A DNA stretch of 64,000 bases from Propionibacteriales bacterium. Lineage in GTDB: Bacteria > Actinomycetota > Actinomycetes > Propionibacteriales > Nocardioidaceae. The notes below the pieces were generated by a model. The model saw only the letters and a program-made list of their open reading frames with translations. It did no database searches and was not told where the DNA came from. Positions 37,043-48,589 of this stretch are shown one piece after another. Positions within the stretch are counted from its first letter, which is position 1, and the number at the start of each line of letters is the position of its first letter. Location of the stretch: positions 51-64,050 of the forward strand of contig JBBSPA010000009.1 of the NCBI GenBank assembly GCA_038259225.1, read 5' to 3'. Position numbers and translations under genes: made by a program.

Positions 37043-37681
37043 GTGGATCATGGGACCGTGAACAGTTCAGGAGATGCCGCTCTGCGCCGTTGGGAGCGCG
37101 ACTTCCCCGGTCGCTCGGCGCTGGGTCAGGAGCTGGTACGCCGCTACGGATCGGTCTCGCGCAGCTACCACGACGCGCGGCACCTGCTCGAGGTGCTCGA
37201 CGCGGTCGACGCGATGACCGAGGAGGCCGAGGACGTCGAGGCCGTTCGGTTGGCCGCCTGGTTTCACGACGCGGTGTACGACGTCCGGGCGCCCGACAAC
37301 GAGGAGCGCTCGGCCCGGCTCGCCGAGACCGTCCTTCCGGCGTACGACATCGACGACGCCACCGTGGCCGAGGTGGCTCGCCTGGTACGCCTGACCGAGA
37401 CACACGACCCGCATGCCGGTGACCGCAACGGCGAGGTCCTCTGTGACGCGGACCTGGCGATCCTGGCCAGCGACAAGAGCCGTTACACGACGTACGTCGA
37501 CGGGGTCCGCGCGGAGTACCGCCACGTCGACGACCGCACCTTCGCGATCGGACGAGCCGCCGTGCTGCGCCAGCTGCTGGGGCTGGCCGGCCTGTTTCGT
37601 ACCAAGCACGGCCAGGCCACGTGGGAGGATCGGGCGCGCGCGAACGTCACCCGCGAGCTCGACGACCTCTTGCCGTCGTGA
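37043..37681 (+). CDS. HD-superfamily metal-dependent phosphohydrolase-like protein
   Basis: Contains YHDARHLLEV and AAWFHDAVYD (H..HD motif). The start is uncertain (GTG 37043 or 37058). The track ORF is over-extended to 36260, through the opposite-strand scramblase gene. Confidence 0.7.
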   Translation: MDHGTVNSSGDAALRRWERDFPGRSALGQELVRRYGSVSRSYHDARHLLEVLDAVDAMTEEAEDVEAVRLAAWFHDAVYDVRAPDNEERSARLAETVLPAYDIDDATVAEVARLVRLTETHDPHAGDRNGEVLCDADLAILASDKSRYTTYVDGVRAEYRHVDDRTFAIGRAAVLRQLLGLAGLFRTKHGQATWEDRARANVTRELDDLLPS

Positions 37682-37699
37682 CGACCGACGCTGCGCGAG

Positions 37700-38932
37700 T
37701 CACCTCAACGCGGGGGTGAGCAGGACCAGGCTCGCGGAGTCGGCATCCGCGTCGGCGTCCAAGGTGGCCTGGACGCCGAGAGGCACGGCGGTGCTGGACG
37801 TGGTGTGACCCAGGTCCAGCCCTCGGACCAGAGGCACGCCGAGTGGCCTCAACCGATGCTCGAGCACGACCTCGAGAGCGGCCTGATCGCCGCAGTCGGT
37901 GAATGCGCCGAGCACCACCCCCGCCACCGCGTCGAACCACCCCGAGCGCAGCAGCTGGGTGAGCAGCCGATCGATGCGGTAGGGCTCCTCCCCTATCTCC
38001 TCGAGCACCGCGATGCCGCCCGCGGCCACACGGCTGGACGACGTGCCGACCTCGGCGGCGAGCACGGACAGGTTTCCCCCGACGAGCACTCCGGTGGCGC
38101 GACCTCCGACGACCGGGGAGACGGCCTGCCCGGCGAACAGGTCCACGACCAGCTCCGGTTCCATCACCTGGCGGCGCAGCACCTCGGCACTGTCCTCGGT
38201 CGCCGTGCCCAGTGAGGTCACGACATGACCGTGCAACGTCACGAGTCCGAGTCGGGTCGCGACGGCTTGGTGCAGCGCGGTCACGTCGGAGAATCCGACC
38301 AGCAGCTTCGGATCCGCCTCGGCGAGCCGGCGCCAGTCGAGCAGGTCCACCACCCGCTGGGCACCGTAGCCGCCGCGGGCAATCCAGACCGCCGACACGT
38401 TCGGGTCCAGCCACGCCTCGGTGAAGTCCGCAGCACGCTCCTCGTCGTTGCTTGCGAGATAGCCGATCTGGGGATGGGCGCCGAGCACGTGCTTGCCGAG
38501 CCGTACGTCGAGTCCCCATGACGTGAGCCGGTCGATTCCGGCGTACAACCGCTGTTCGGGTACGACTCCGGACGTGGCCACGACCGCGACCACGTCACCG
38601 GGTGCGAGCCGAGTCGGCCTGAGCAGGGGTTTTCCGGCCGAACGGCGCGCCAACGCGGCCGCTTTGCGTCGACGCAAGCCCGCCGCGGACAGCCGCCTCA
38701 CAATCTCCCGCGAGGAGACCGGTACGGCCCCCGCAGCGACCAGCCGGCTGTAGACGTCGGCGGGGACGTCGTAGTGGTCGCGCTCGAAACCACGGCGCGG
38801 GATGGCGTGGTCACCGGCGAAGGCGTGCAGCTCCTCCACAGACACGTCCGAAACCAGGTGCGACCAGAGACGACCGTGCGCGGGCCAGGCCGGCGGGTCG
38901 ATCAGGATCGTCACCGGCTCACCGTGCCACAC
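37700..38932 (-). CDS. Fusion protein: DUF4031 domain plus S66 LD-carboxypeptidase
   Basis: This is a single 410-aa ORF. The N-terminus (ILIDPPAWPAHGRLWSHLVSD..EELHAFA..RGFERDHYDVP) is DUF4031. The rest is LdcA/MccF-like, with the nucleophile context GFSDVTALH. Confidence 0.8.
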   Translation of the reverse strand: MWHGEPVTILIDPPAWPAHGRLWSHLVSDVSVEELHAFAGDHAIPRRGFERDHYDVPADVYSRLVAAGAVPVSSREIVRRLSAAGLRRRKAAALARRSAGKPLLRPTRLAPGDVVAVVATSGVVPEQRLYAGIDRLTSWGLDVRLGKHVLGAHPQIGYLASNDEERAADFTEAWLDPNVSAVWIARGGYGAQRVVDLLDWRRLAEADPKLLVGFSDVTALHQAVATRLGLVTLHGHVVTSLGTATEDSAEVLRRQVMEPELVVDLFAGQAVSPVVGGRATGVLVGGNLSVLAAEVGTSSSRVAAGGIAVLEEIGEEPYRIDRLLTQLLRSGWFDAVAGVVLGAFTDCGDQAALEVVLEHRLRPLGVPLVRGLDLGHTTSSTAVPLGVQATLDADADADSASLVLLTPALR

Positions 38933-38941
38933 CGCGAGGTC

Positions 38942-39676
38942 TCAGGCGGTACCGGCGTCCAACGTTCTCTCGGACCCAGACGTCGCGCCGGTGCTGTCCA
39001 GAAGCAACCGCCAGGACCGCACGAAGCCGGCATCGACGTAGGACTTGGACCAGGACTCGCCCGGACGAACCGCGGCCCCCAGGTGCACGGCGCGTATCCC
39101 GGCCCGGGCCAGCCAGGGCACGTGCTCAGGTCGTACGCCGTCGGCCGCGATCGCCCGCGCGGCGAACTCCGGGGAGGACTCGGCCAGCGCCAGCAGGTCG
39201 TCCAGACCAGAGTCCATGCCGAGTACCGCCCCCGCCGTGTGGATCCCGTCCAACCCTGGCAGACCGGCCAGCTGCCGGACCGCCCGGCGCAGTTCCAGCG
39301 CGTGATCGAAGGCGCGGTCGAAGGTCCACGGGGCGCCCATCAGGCCATCGGCCAGGGCCGCACAGGTCTCCACGTCGATGTCGAGGTCTGCGGTCAGGAA
39401 CCCGAACACAAGGCCCTCGACTCCGAGGGCCAGGTAGTCAGCCGCCAGCCCACGCAGCCGGGCAAACTCACCCCCCTGGGTGCTGAAGCCTTCGGAGAGC
39501 CGCAGCGTCACGCGTACGGGAAGGTCGGTCGCGCGCACGATCGCGCGCACGGCGCCCGGTTCGACCGAGCGCAGACCGGAGTCACTGAGGGCAGCCACGT
39601 GCAGCCGATGTGCGCCGCCCTGCTGGGCTCGCTCCGCGTCCTGCGGGTGCAGCGTCACGACTTCGACAAGCGGCAT
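38942..39676 (-). CDS. cutC: Copper homeostasis protein CutC family
   Basis: In-frame ATG at 39676 is preceded by AAGGAGG. The 244-aa product (MPLVEVVTLHPQDAERAQQGGAHRL..) has a TIM-barrel CutC-like pattern. Confidence 0.8.
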   Translation of the reverse strand: MPLVEVVTLHPQDAERAQQGGAHRLHVAALSDSGLRSVEPGAVRAIVRATDLPVRVTLRLSEGFSTQGGEFARLRGLAADYLALGVEGLVFGFLTADLDIDVETCAALADGLMGAPWTFDRAFDHALELRRAVRQLAGLPGLDGIHTAGAVLGMDSGLDDLLALAESSPEFAARAIAADGVRPEHVPWLARAGIRAVHLGAAVRPGESWSKSYVDAGFVRSWRLLLDSTGATSGSERTLDAGTA

Positions 39677-39739
39677 CCGGGCCACCTCCTTCGACGGCTT
39701 GCCCGCGGACTCGATCTTCACTTGAACCACAGTGCCAGG

Positions 39740-40114
39740 ATGGAGGTCATGACGCCGGGAGACCCGCTGTTGAACGCGCGAGCACGTGTCCTCGCCGATC
39801 TCGCGGCTCAGGGCCTCGTCGACCCACATACCGTGTCCTTGGTCGAGGACTGTCTCGCGCAGCGCCAGTGGTGGTTGTCCCAATGGGCCCAGGGCGCCTC
39901 GTTCATCGACGGTCTGGTCGCGCAGGACGTCCAGGACGTGCTGTTCGACGAGTCGCAGCGGTGGCCGGTGTGTGGCGGCTGTCCCGATCCGGTCGAGCAC
40001 AGCTTGTCGATCGAGCCCGAGCTCGGTCCGGACCCGCACTGGGTGTGCTCGGAATCGGGATACATCGTGGCGCGGCTGGGTGCCCTGCCGTCCACCGTGA
40101 GTCCGACCGACTGA
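39740..40114 (+). CDS. Hypothetical protein (~124 aa)
   Basis: The call rests on an in-frame ATG at 39740 (alternative 39749), high third-position GC and no competing gene on the other strand. I recognise no domain. The track ORF start (38774) lies inside cutC. Confidence 0.45.
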   Translation: MEVMTPGDPLLNARARVLADLAAQGLVDPHTVSLVEDCLAQRQWWLSQWAQGASFIDGLVAQDVQDVLFDESQRWPVCGGCPDPVEHSLSIEPELGPDPHWVCSESGYIVARLGALPSTVSPTD

Positions 40115-40197
40115 CGCGCTGACTCCTGTGGCGTTCGGCCGAGGATCGGCGCACCGTCCTGGCCGACGACTTAGCGCGGCTTCGCAGGTCCGAGCGG

Positions 40198-40279
40198 CAT
40201 GGTCTGCAAGGCAAATCCCCTGTCTACACGCGAGGTTTGCCTAGTTGACAAGCCAGCGGAATAGATAACTAGGCAAACC
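40198..40279. repeat. Family B repeat, copy 3 (opposite orientation)
   Basis: The tail module comes first (CATGGTCTGCAAGGCAAATCC, the reverse complement of the copy-1 tail). The hairpin follows: GGTTTGCCTAGTTGACAAGCC AGCG GAATAGATAACTAGGCAAACC. It lies in a convergent intergenic region (hypothetical gene/coxG). Confidence 0.85.
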
Positions 40280-40336
40280 GCGGCGGGCAGGGATGACCGG
40301 GGCGGCGGGGGGATACCGCGGGGGTAGGGCAGCCGG

Positions 40337-41155
40337 CTAGTGGTGGCGGCGGTGCAGGATCTTGCGGAGCAGCCAGAGGCCGACCAGGCCGCCGATGATC
40401 TGCGGGGCGTAGCGCTTGAGCAGGACCGGGAGCACGGTACTGCCCAGATCGAGCTCGGCTGCCGGAGCCGCCGTCGGTGTACGGCGCGGCGTGCCGGCCG
40501 CCGCAGCACCAGCCGTGGCAGAACCGGACGCGGCAGAGCTGGACGAGGCAGAGCTGGACGAGGCAGAGCTGGACGAGGCAGGTCGAGCCGAGCCGTTCGA
40601 GTCGGCCGCTGCTGCGGGTCCGGACGTGGCAGCCGCAGCAGCAGCGTCGGCGATCGGCGTACCCTCGTCCGCGTCGGCGGGGACCGGCCCGCTGTCGGCG
40701 TCCTCGTCGGGCCCGCCCAGCTTCGTCTCCAAGCAGGAGGAGAACTGCCCGAGCAGCTTGTCGCTGACGTCCTGCATCACCCCTCGACCGAACTGGGCCG
40801 GCTTTCCGGTGATGTTGAGGTCGGTCTTCACGATGACGTCGGTGGCGCTGTCCCCCGCGGCCTGCAAGGTGGCGGTCACCGTGGCCGCGGCCGTGCCATT
40901 ACCGCGCTTGTCCTTGCCCTTGGCCTCGATCACCGCACGGTGCGCCGTCTCGTCGCGCTCCAGGAAGCGCCCGGTGCCGGTGTACTGCAACGAGATCGGA
41001 CCCAGCTTGATCTTGCACAGGCCCTCGAACGTGTCACCGTCGTACGCCGTCAGGGCTGCCCCGGGGAAGCACGGCGCGATCCGCTCGAGGTCGTTGAACG
41101 CCGCCCACGCGTCTCCCACCGAGGCCGGGACCGTGAACTGATGCGTGAGCTCCAC
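40337..41155 (-). CDS. coxG: CoxG-like SRPBCC protein with Ala/Ser-rich linker and C-terminal TM anchor
   Basis: GTG at 41155 is preceded by GGGAGG. The N-terminus reads VELTHQFTVPASVGDAWAAFNDLERIAPCFPGA (CoxG/SRPBCC). The tail reads ...SSSASSSSASSSSAA... and ends in LPVLLKRYAPQIIGGLVGLWLLRKILHRRHH. Confidence 0.8.
   Translation of the reverse strand: MELTHQFTVPASVGDAWAAFNDLERIAPCFPGAALTAYDGDTFEGLCKIKLGPISLQYTGTGRFLERDETAHRAVIEAKGKDKRGNGTAAATVTATLQAAGDSATDVIVKTDLNITGKPAQFGRGVMQDVSDKLLGQFSSCLETKLGGPDEDADSGPVPADADEGTPIADAAAAAATSGPAAAADSNGSARPASSSSASSSSASSSSAASGSATAGAAAAGTPRRTPTAAPAAELDLGSTVLPVLLKRYAPQIIGGLVGLWLLRKILHRRHH
40518..40577. repeat. 15-nt in-frame coding tandem repeat (GCAGAGCTGGACGAG)x3 plus one diverged unit
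   Basis: It encodes the SSSAS repeats in the CoxG-like linker. Confidence 0.9.
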
Positions 41156-41159
41156 GAAT

Positions 41160-42010
41160 TCAGCCTCCCGCGGCCGCGAGGACGGCGCGACCGGTGAGAA
41201 TCCCCGCCAGGTGTCGGCGGTAGTCGGCGTCCCCGTTCGTGTCGGAGGGCGGGTTCGTACCATCGGCGGCCCGTGAGCAGGCGGCCTTGACCGAGTCCGC
41301 GCCGGCGGACTGACCGACCAGTGCCTGCTCCACGGCGGTCGCCCGCAACGCGGTCGACCCCATGTTGGTCAGGCCGATCTTGGCTTCGGTGATCGAGCCG
41401 CCGTCCGCCTTCACCGCGGCGGCCACCGCCACGATCGACCACTGTTGGGCGACACGGGTGAACTTCTCGTAGTGGCCACCCCAACCAGTGTGCTTGGGGA
41501 TCCGGATCCTGGTAAGGATCTCGTCCTCCCCGACGACCGTCGTGAACAGGTCCTCGAAGAAGTCAGCCGCCGACACTGTGCGCTCGCCGCCGGGGCCAGC
41601 GATCACCAGCTCGGCGTCCAGCGCCAGGATCGGAGCCGGAAGGTCGCCGGCGGGATCAGCGTGGACGAGTGCGCCGCCGAGCGTGCCGCGGTGCCGGACC
41701 TGTGGGTCCGCCACCGTCTGGGCCGCCTTCGCGAGCACGGCGGCATGTTCGGCGACCAGCGGATTCGTCGCAACCTCGTCGTGGGTCGCCATTGCCCCGA
41801 TCACCAGGGCGTCGCCGTCCTCGCTGATGCCTTTGAGCTCCTCGACCTTGCCGATGTCGACGATCAGGGTCGGGGCTGCCAGGCGCAGCTTCAGCACCGG
41901 GATCAGGCTCTGTCCACCCGCGAGGACCTTGATCTCGTCGGCGTCCGTGCCCAGCGCGGCAAGCACGTCGGCCAGCGACTCGGGTGCGGTGTAGTCGAAC
42001 GACGCCGGAA

Positions 42011-42014
<4 letters not shown>
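41160..42014 (-). CDS. coxM: CODH/xanthine dehydrogenase-family FAD-binding medium subunit
   Basis: The 284-aa ORF contains LAGGQSLIPVLKLR (FAD_binding_5). An ATGA overlap joins it to the large-subunit stop. Confidence 0.9.
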
Positions 42015-44496
<2,482 letters not shown>

Positions 44497-44497
<1 letters not shown>

Positions 44498-44961
44498 CAG
44501 GCACCTGCCTTCGAGGCGGCGAGGACGGCCTTGACGATGTTCTGGTAGCCGGTGCACCGACACAGGTTGCCCTCGAGGCCCTCGCGGACCTCGGTCTCGT
44601 CAGGACTCGGATTCTCCTTCAGCAAGGAGATGCTCTGCATGATCATCCCTGGGGTGCAGTAGCCGCACTGCAGGGCGTGTTGCTCGTGGAACGCCTGCTG
44701 CATCGGATGCAGCTCACCGTTGGTGGCCAGGCCCTCGATCGTGGTGACCTCGTGGCCGTCAGCCTGGACAGCCAGCATCGTGCAGGACTTCACGCTGGAC
44801 CCGTCGACGTGGACCGTGCAGGCGCCACAGTTGCTGGTGTCGCACCCGACGACCGTGCCGGTCTTCCCGACCTGCTCGCGCAGGTACTGCACGAGGAGCG
44901 TGCGGGGTTCGACGTCGTCGGAATAGCCCACTCCGTCGACGTTCACGTTGATTCGGACCAT
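44497..44961 (-). CDS. coxS: (2Fe-2S)-binding small subunit of CODH/XDH family
   Basis: The 154-aa ORF has two cluster motifs: [12 protein letters not shown] and [16 protein letters not shown]. Confidence 0.95.
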
Positions 44962-45016
44962 GATCTGCGCCTCTCGCCACGGACGACCGCTATTAGCCGG
45001 ACGCTAGGTGACCCCG

Positions 45017-45036
45017 CGTTGCACGACCGTTGCACG
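45017..45036. promoter_or_regulatory. Direct repeat CGTTGCACG-AC-CGTTGCACG upstream of coxS
   Basis: Two identical 9-mers are spaced at an 11-bp period. They lie 56-75 nt upstream of the coxS ATG (44961) in the only sizeable gap inside the cox cluster. Confidence 0.4.
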
Positions 45037-45132
45037 TAGCGGCACCGCGAGATCCACGTTCGGTACCTCCAACCAACCCCCGAACGGCGCCTGCCGCAAC
45101 CCCACTGTCGAGGTTTCCACGACGGCTCGGCT

Positions 45133-45164
45133 CCGGAGTCACTGGCCACCGGAGTCACTAGCCA
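45133..45164. repeat. 16-nt tandem duplication spanning the xdhC stop codon
   Basis: The two units are CCGGAGTCACTGGCCA and CCGGAGTCACTAGCCA. The second copy carries the TAG stop (45158-45160, minus strand). Confidence 0.85.
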
Positions 45165-46291
45165 GAGTGGTGGATCGGCCCGGCCGTGCCCATCAACCTG
45201 CTGCCGTCGCCACCCCAACGCAAGGCGATGATCTCCGCGGCGATGCTCACGGCGGTCTCCTCCGGCGTACGAGCACCGAGGTCGAGGCCGATCGGGCTGG
45301 ACAGCTTCGTGATCTCGGCCTCGGACAAACCGGCCTCCTGAAGGCGCTTGAGGCGGTCGTCGTGGGTACGCCGCGAGCCCATCGCTCCGATGTAGGCGAC
45401 CTCGGGAAGACGCAGCGCCACCTCGAGGAGCGGCACGTCGAACTTCGGGTCGTGGGTGAGCACGCACATCACGGTACGAGCGTCGATCCGGCCACCCTCG
45501 GCCTCCTCGGCCAGGTACTTGTGCGGCCACTTGACGACGACCTCGTCCGCCTCGGGGAAGCGCGACGCCGTGGCGAAGACCGGGCGAGCGTCGCACACGG
45601 TCACCTGATAGCCGAGGAAGGCGCCGACGCGAGCCACCGCGGCGGCGAAGTCGATGGCCCCGAATACCAGCATTCGCGGCTTGGGAGCGTAGGAGGACAC
45701 GAACACCGCCATGCCCTCGCCGCGACGCTGTCCGTCGGGTCCGTAGTGCAAGGTCTCGTTCCGGCCGGCGGCGAGCAGGCCACGGGCATCGGCGGCGACC
45801 GCGTCGTCAGCCCGCGTCGAGCCGAGCGTGCGCTGGACCGGCACGGGGTGGTCTTCGGGCCGGACGATCAGCCGCCGTCCCAGCCACGCCGGGTCGGTGT
45901 GCGCGACGACGGTGGCCACCGCCACCTGCTGCCCGGCCTCGATGTCGTCGGCGACCTGGCCGAGCTCGGGAAACGACTCCTGGTCGACGACCTCGACGAA
46001 GACGTCCAGGATGCCTCCACACGTGAGGCCGACCGCGAAGGCGTCGTCGTCGGAGACGCCGTACCGCTGGAGCACGGGCGTCCGGTCGGCGAGGACCTGC
46101 TCGGCAAGCTCGTACACGGCGCCCTCGACGCAACCGCCGGACACGGAGCCGACGGCCTCACCACCCGGTCCCACCAGCATCGAAGCGCCGGGCAAGCGCG
46201 GGGCGGACTGGAACGTCGCGATCACGGTGCCGACACCGACGGAGCTGCCGTCTCGCCACCAGGGCAACAGTCGCGCCATCACGTCACGCAT
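45158..46291 (-). CDS. XdhC/CoxI-family molybdoenzyme maturation protein
   Basis: The 377-aa ORF contains GSVSGGCVEGAV (XdhC_CoxI N-terminal domain) and a Rossmann-like C-terminal domain (LVFGAIDFAAAVA). Confidence 0.9.
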   Translation of the reverse strand: MRDVMARLLPWWRDGSSVGVGTVIATFQSAPRLPGASMLVGPGGEAVGSVSGGCVEGAVYELAEQVLADRTPVLQRYGVSDDDAFAVGLTCGGILDVFVEVVDQESFPELGQVADDIEAGQQVAVATVVAHTDPAWLGRRLIVRPEDHPVPVQRTLGSTRADDAVAADARGLLAAGRNETLHYGPDGQRRGEGMAVFVSSYAPKPRMLVFGAIDFAAAVARVGAFLGYQVTVCDARPVFATASRFPEADEVVVKWPHKYLAEEAEGGRIDARTVMCVLTHDPKFDVPLLEVALRLPEVAYIGAMGSRRTHDDRLKRLQEAGLSEAEITKLSSPIGLDLGARTPEETAVSIAAEIIALRWGGDGSRLMGTAGPIHHSG

Positions 46292-47498
46292 CCGCGATCA
46301 CCTCCAGGGCTTGTTCGAAGGTCGCCATGCTGTGACCGGCGATGAAGGAGTCAACGAACGGCAGCGCCGCCACAATTCCCCCCTGCACCGGCGAGTAGCC
46401 CGGCTTGCCCTGGTGCGGGTTGACCCAGACGACCCGGTGCGCGAGCCGGTACAGCCGTCGCATCTGCTCACCGAGCTGGACGCTGTCGCCGCGTTCCCAG
46501 CCGTCACTGAGGATGACGACAACGGCGCCTCGCGCCACCCCGCGCTGTCCCCACCTATCCAGGAACGCCTGTAGCGCCTCGCCCAAACGGGTTCCGCCGG
46601 ACCAGTCCGGCACGGTCTGCCCGGCCGCTTGCAGCGCTTTGTCGCCGTCACGCAACCGCATCGCCCGCGTGACCCGGGTCAGCCGCGTGCCGACCGTGAA
46701 GACCTCGGTCCGGGCTCGGTTGGCGCTTGTCACCACGTGCGCCCAGCGCAGCAGGCTGTCGGCGTACGGTCCCATCGAGCCGGACACGTCGACAAGCAGC
46801 ACGACGCGACGGGCACGGGTGCTGCGGCCACGGTGGCGCAGCCGAGCGGGCTCTCCTCCGTGCCGAAGCTCCTCGCGGAGAGTCCGGCGGGCGTCGATCT
46901 CGCCCCGCCGGCGGGGTCGACGGCGCGGTGAGGACCGCCGCGGTGACACCGGTCGCAGGGCGCTGAACAGGCGGGCGAGCTCCGCGCGTTCGGCGGGGCT
47001 GAGGTCCGCCACGTCGCGATGCCGCAGCACCTCGGCGCCTGACGCCGCGGCGCGCAGCACGGTGTCGCTGTCGCCGCCACCGGCACCGTCGTCGTCGTTG
47101 CCGAGGTCGGCCTGCGCGGTACGACGCAGAGACTCGCGGGGCTTGCCGGGCGTGAGGCCCTGACCACCGAACCAGGCCAGGAACAGCTGGTCATAGCGCT
47201 CGAGGTCGTCCAGACATCCGCACAGCGTCGAGCGACCTGCCCAGTAGACCCCGGACTGGTCGTCGGCTCCGACCGTGGCGGCGGCGGTCAGGAAGGCCTG
47301 TGTGCGGTCCATGGTGACGGGCACCCCGGCCGAGCGGAGTGCGACCGCGAACGACGCGAGGACCTCGTCGACCGCGTGACGTGGGCCGGCTGGAGCGTCG
47401 ATCGAGCCTGTCGAGATCACCGTCGCACCCCCCGGAGCCACCCGGCGATCGAGCCTGTCGAGATCACCGTCGCACCCCCCGGACGAACCGCGGTTCAT
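46284..47498 (-). CDS. VWA-domain protein, CoxE-like
   Basis: The conserved core runs from VDEVLASFAVALRSAGVPV. The VWA MIDAS context is VLLVDVSGSM. The ATG at 47498 overlaps the MoxR stop (ATGA), but the first 26 codons read through a duplicated repeat element, so GTG 47420 is an alternative start. Confidence 0.75.
   Translation of the reverse strand: MNRGSSGGCDGDLDRLDRRVAPGGATVISTGSIDAPAGPRHAVDEVLASFAVALRSAGVPVTMDRTQAFLTAAATVGADDQSGVYWAGRSTLCGCLDDLERYDQLFLAWFGGQGLTPGKPRESLRRTAQADLGNDDDGAGGGDSDTVLRAAASGAEVLRHRDVADLSPAERAELARLFSALRPVSPRRSSPRRRPRRRGEIDARRTLREELRHGGEPARLRHRGRSTRARRVVLLVDVSGSMGPYADSLLRWAHVVTSANRARTEVFTVGTRLTRVTRAMRLRDGDKALQAAGQTVPDWSGGTRLGEALQAFLDRWGQRGVARGAVVVILSDGWERGDSVQLGEQMRRLYRLAHRVVWVNPHQGKPGYSPVQGGIVAALPFVDSFIAGHSMATFEQALEVIADA
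47399..47483. repeat. Family C element, two 38-nt direct copies (period 47 nt)
   Basis: CGATCGAGCCTGTCGAGATCACCGTCGCACCCCCCGGA occurs at 47399-47436 and again, identical, at 47446-47483. Both copies lie between the MoxR stop and the conserved core of the CoxE-like gene. Confidence 0.9.
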
Positions 47499-48448
47499 GA
47501 GCTGAGGATCTGGTCGAGCGCGCTGCGGACCCGGTCGGCGTCCTCGCGGTACTTCACCACGGCGCCGAGCGTCTTCGCGGCGGTCTCGAGGTCGAGCTCG
47601 CTGCAACCGAGCGTGTGGAGGGCTCGGGCCCAGTCCAGCGTCTCCGCGACGCCGGGCGGCTTGACGAGGTCGTCGCGGTCGCGCAGCCGGCCGGTCACAA
47701 GCGCGACCTGCTCGGCGAGCGCGCGGGGTACGTCAGGCAGCCGTCGACGTACGATCTCGATCTCGCGCTCGAGGCCGGGGTGGTCCACCCAGTGGTAGAG
47801 GCAGCGCCGTTTCAACGCGTCGTGCACCTCGCGGGTGCGGTTGGAGGTCAGGACGACGATCGGCGGGGTCGCGGCGGTGACCGTGCCGTACTCCGGGATG
47901 GTCACCTGGTTGGTGGACAGCACTTCGAGCAGGAAGGCCTCGAACTCGTCGTCGGCACGGTCGATCTCGTCGATCAGGAGGACGACCGGGCTGTCCTGAA
48001 GGGCGCGCAGGATCGGACGGGCAAGCAAGAAGCGTTCGTCGAACAGGGACTTCTCCACCTCGTCCTCGTCGATCCCCTGGTTGCCCTTGGTCGCTTCGAC
48101 CGTCCGCAGGTGCAGGATCTGGCGAGCGAAGTCCCAGTCGTACAGCGCCTGACTGGCGTCGATGCCTTCGTGGCACTGCAACCGGATCAGGTCCAGCCCG
48201 AGTGCCTCGGCGAGTGCCTCGGCCAGCGCCGTCTTCCCGGTCCCCGGCTCTCCCTCGAGGAGCAGCGGCCGGTGCATGGCCAAGGCGAGATAGCCGATCG
48301 TGGCGAGCCCGTCATCGGTGAGGTAGCCGGTCCGTCCGAGCCGCTCGGCCAGATCCGCGGCGGAGGTCGGCGCCGCCGCGCCGTCACGCGCGTCAGGCCC
48401 GCTCGGCGTACCCGGTGGCTGCGTCTGCATACCCCCAGCATCGCTCAT
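47495..48448 (-). CDS. MoxR-family AAA+ ATPase, CoxD-like
   Basis: The 317-aa ORF has Walker A (LLEGEPGTGKT) and Walker B (VLLIDEIDRA), with the typical MoxR length and layout. Confidence 0.9.
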   Translation of the reverse strand: MSDAGGMQTQPPGTPSGPDARDGAAAPTSAADLAERLGRTGYLTDDGLATIGYLALAMHRPLLLEGEPGTGKTALAEALAEALGLDLIRLQCHEGIDASQALYDWDFARQILHLRTVEATKGNQGIDEDEVEKSLFDERFLLARPILRALQDSPVVLLIDEIDRADDEFEAFLLEVLSTNQVTIPEYGTVTAATPPIVVLTSNRTREVHDALKRRCLYHWVDHPGLEREIEIVRRRLPDVPRALAEQVALVTGRLRDRDDLVKPPGVAETLDWARALHTLGCSELDLETAAKTLGAVVKYREDADRVRSALDQILSS

Positions 48449-48589
48449 CGGGTGAAATCCGCCCTTCCGGTACCGACGCCTGGACCTCGTTCATGGTGCT
48501 CGCCGTTCGGTTGCGCCGCCGTTGCACGTCTCCTCCCCGCTGCGTCCTGCACCTCGGCTGCTGCGGCGACCCCGGGGCAGGACGTTGTG

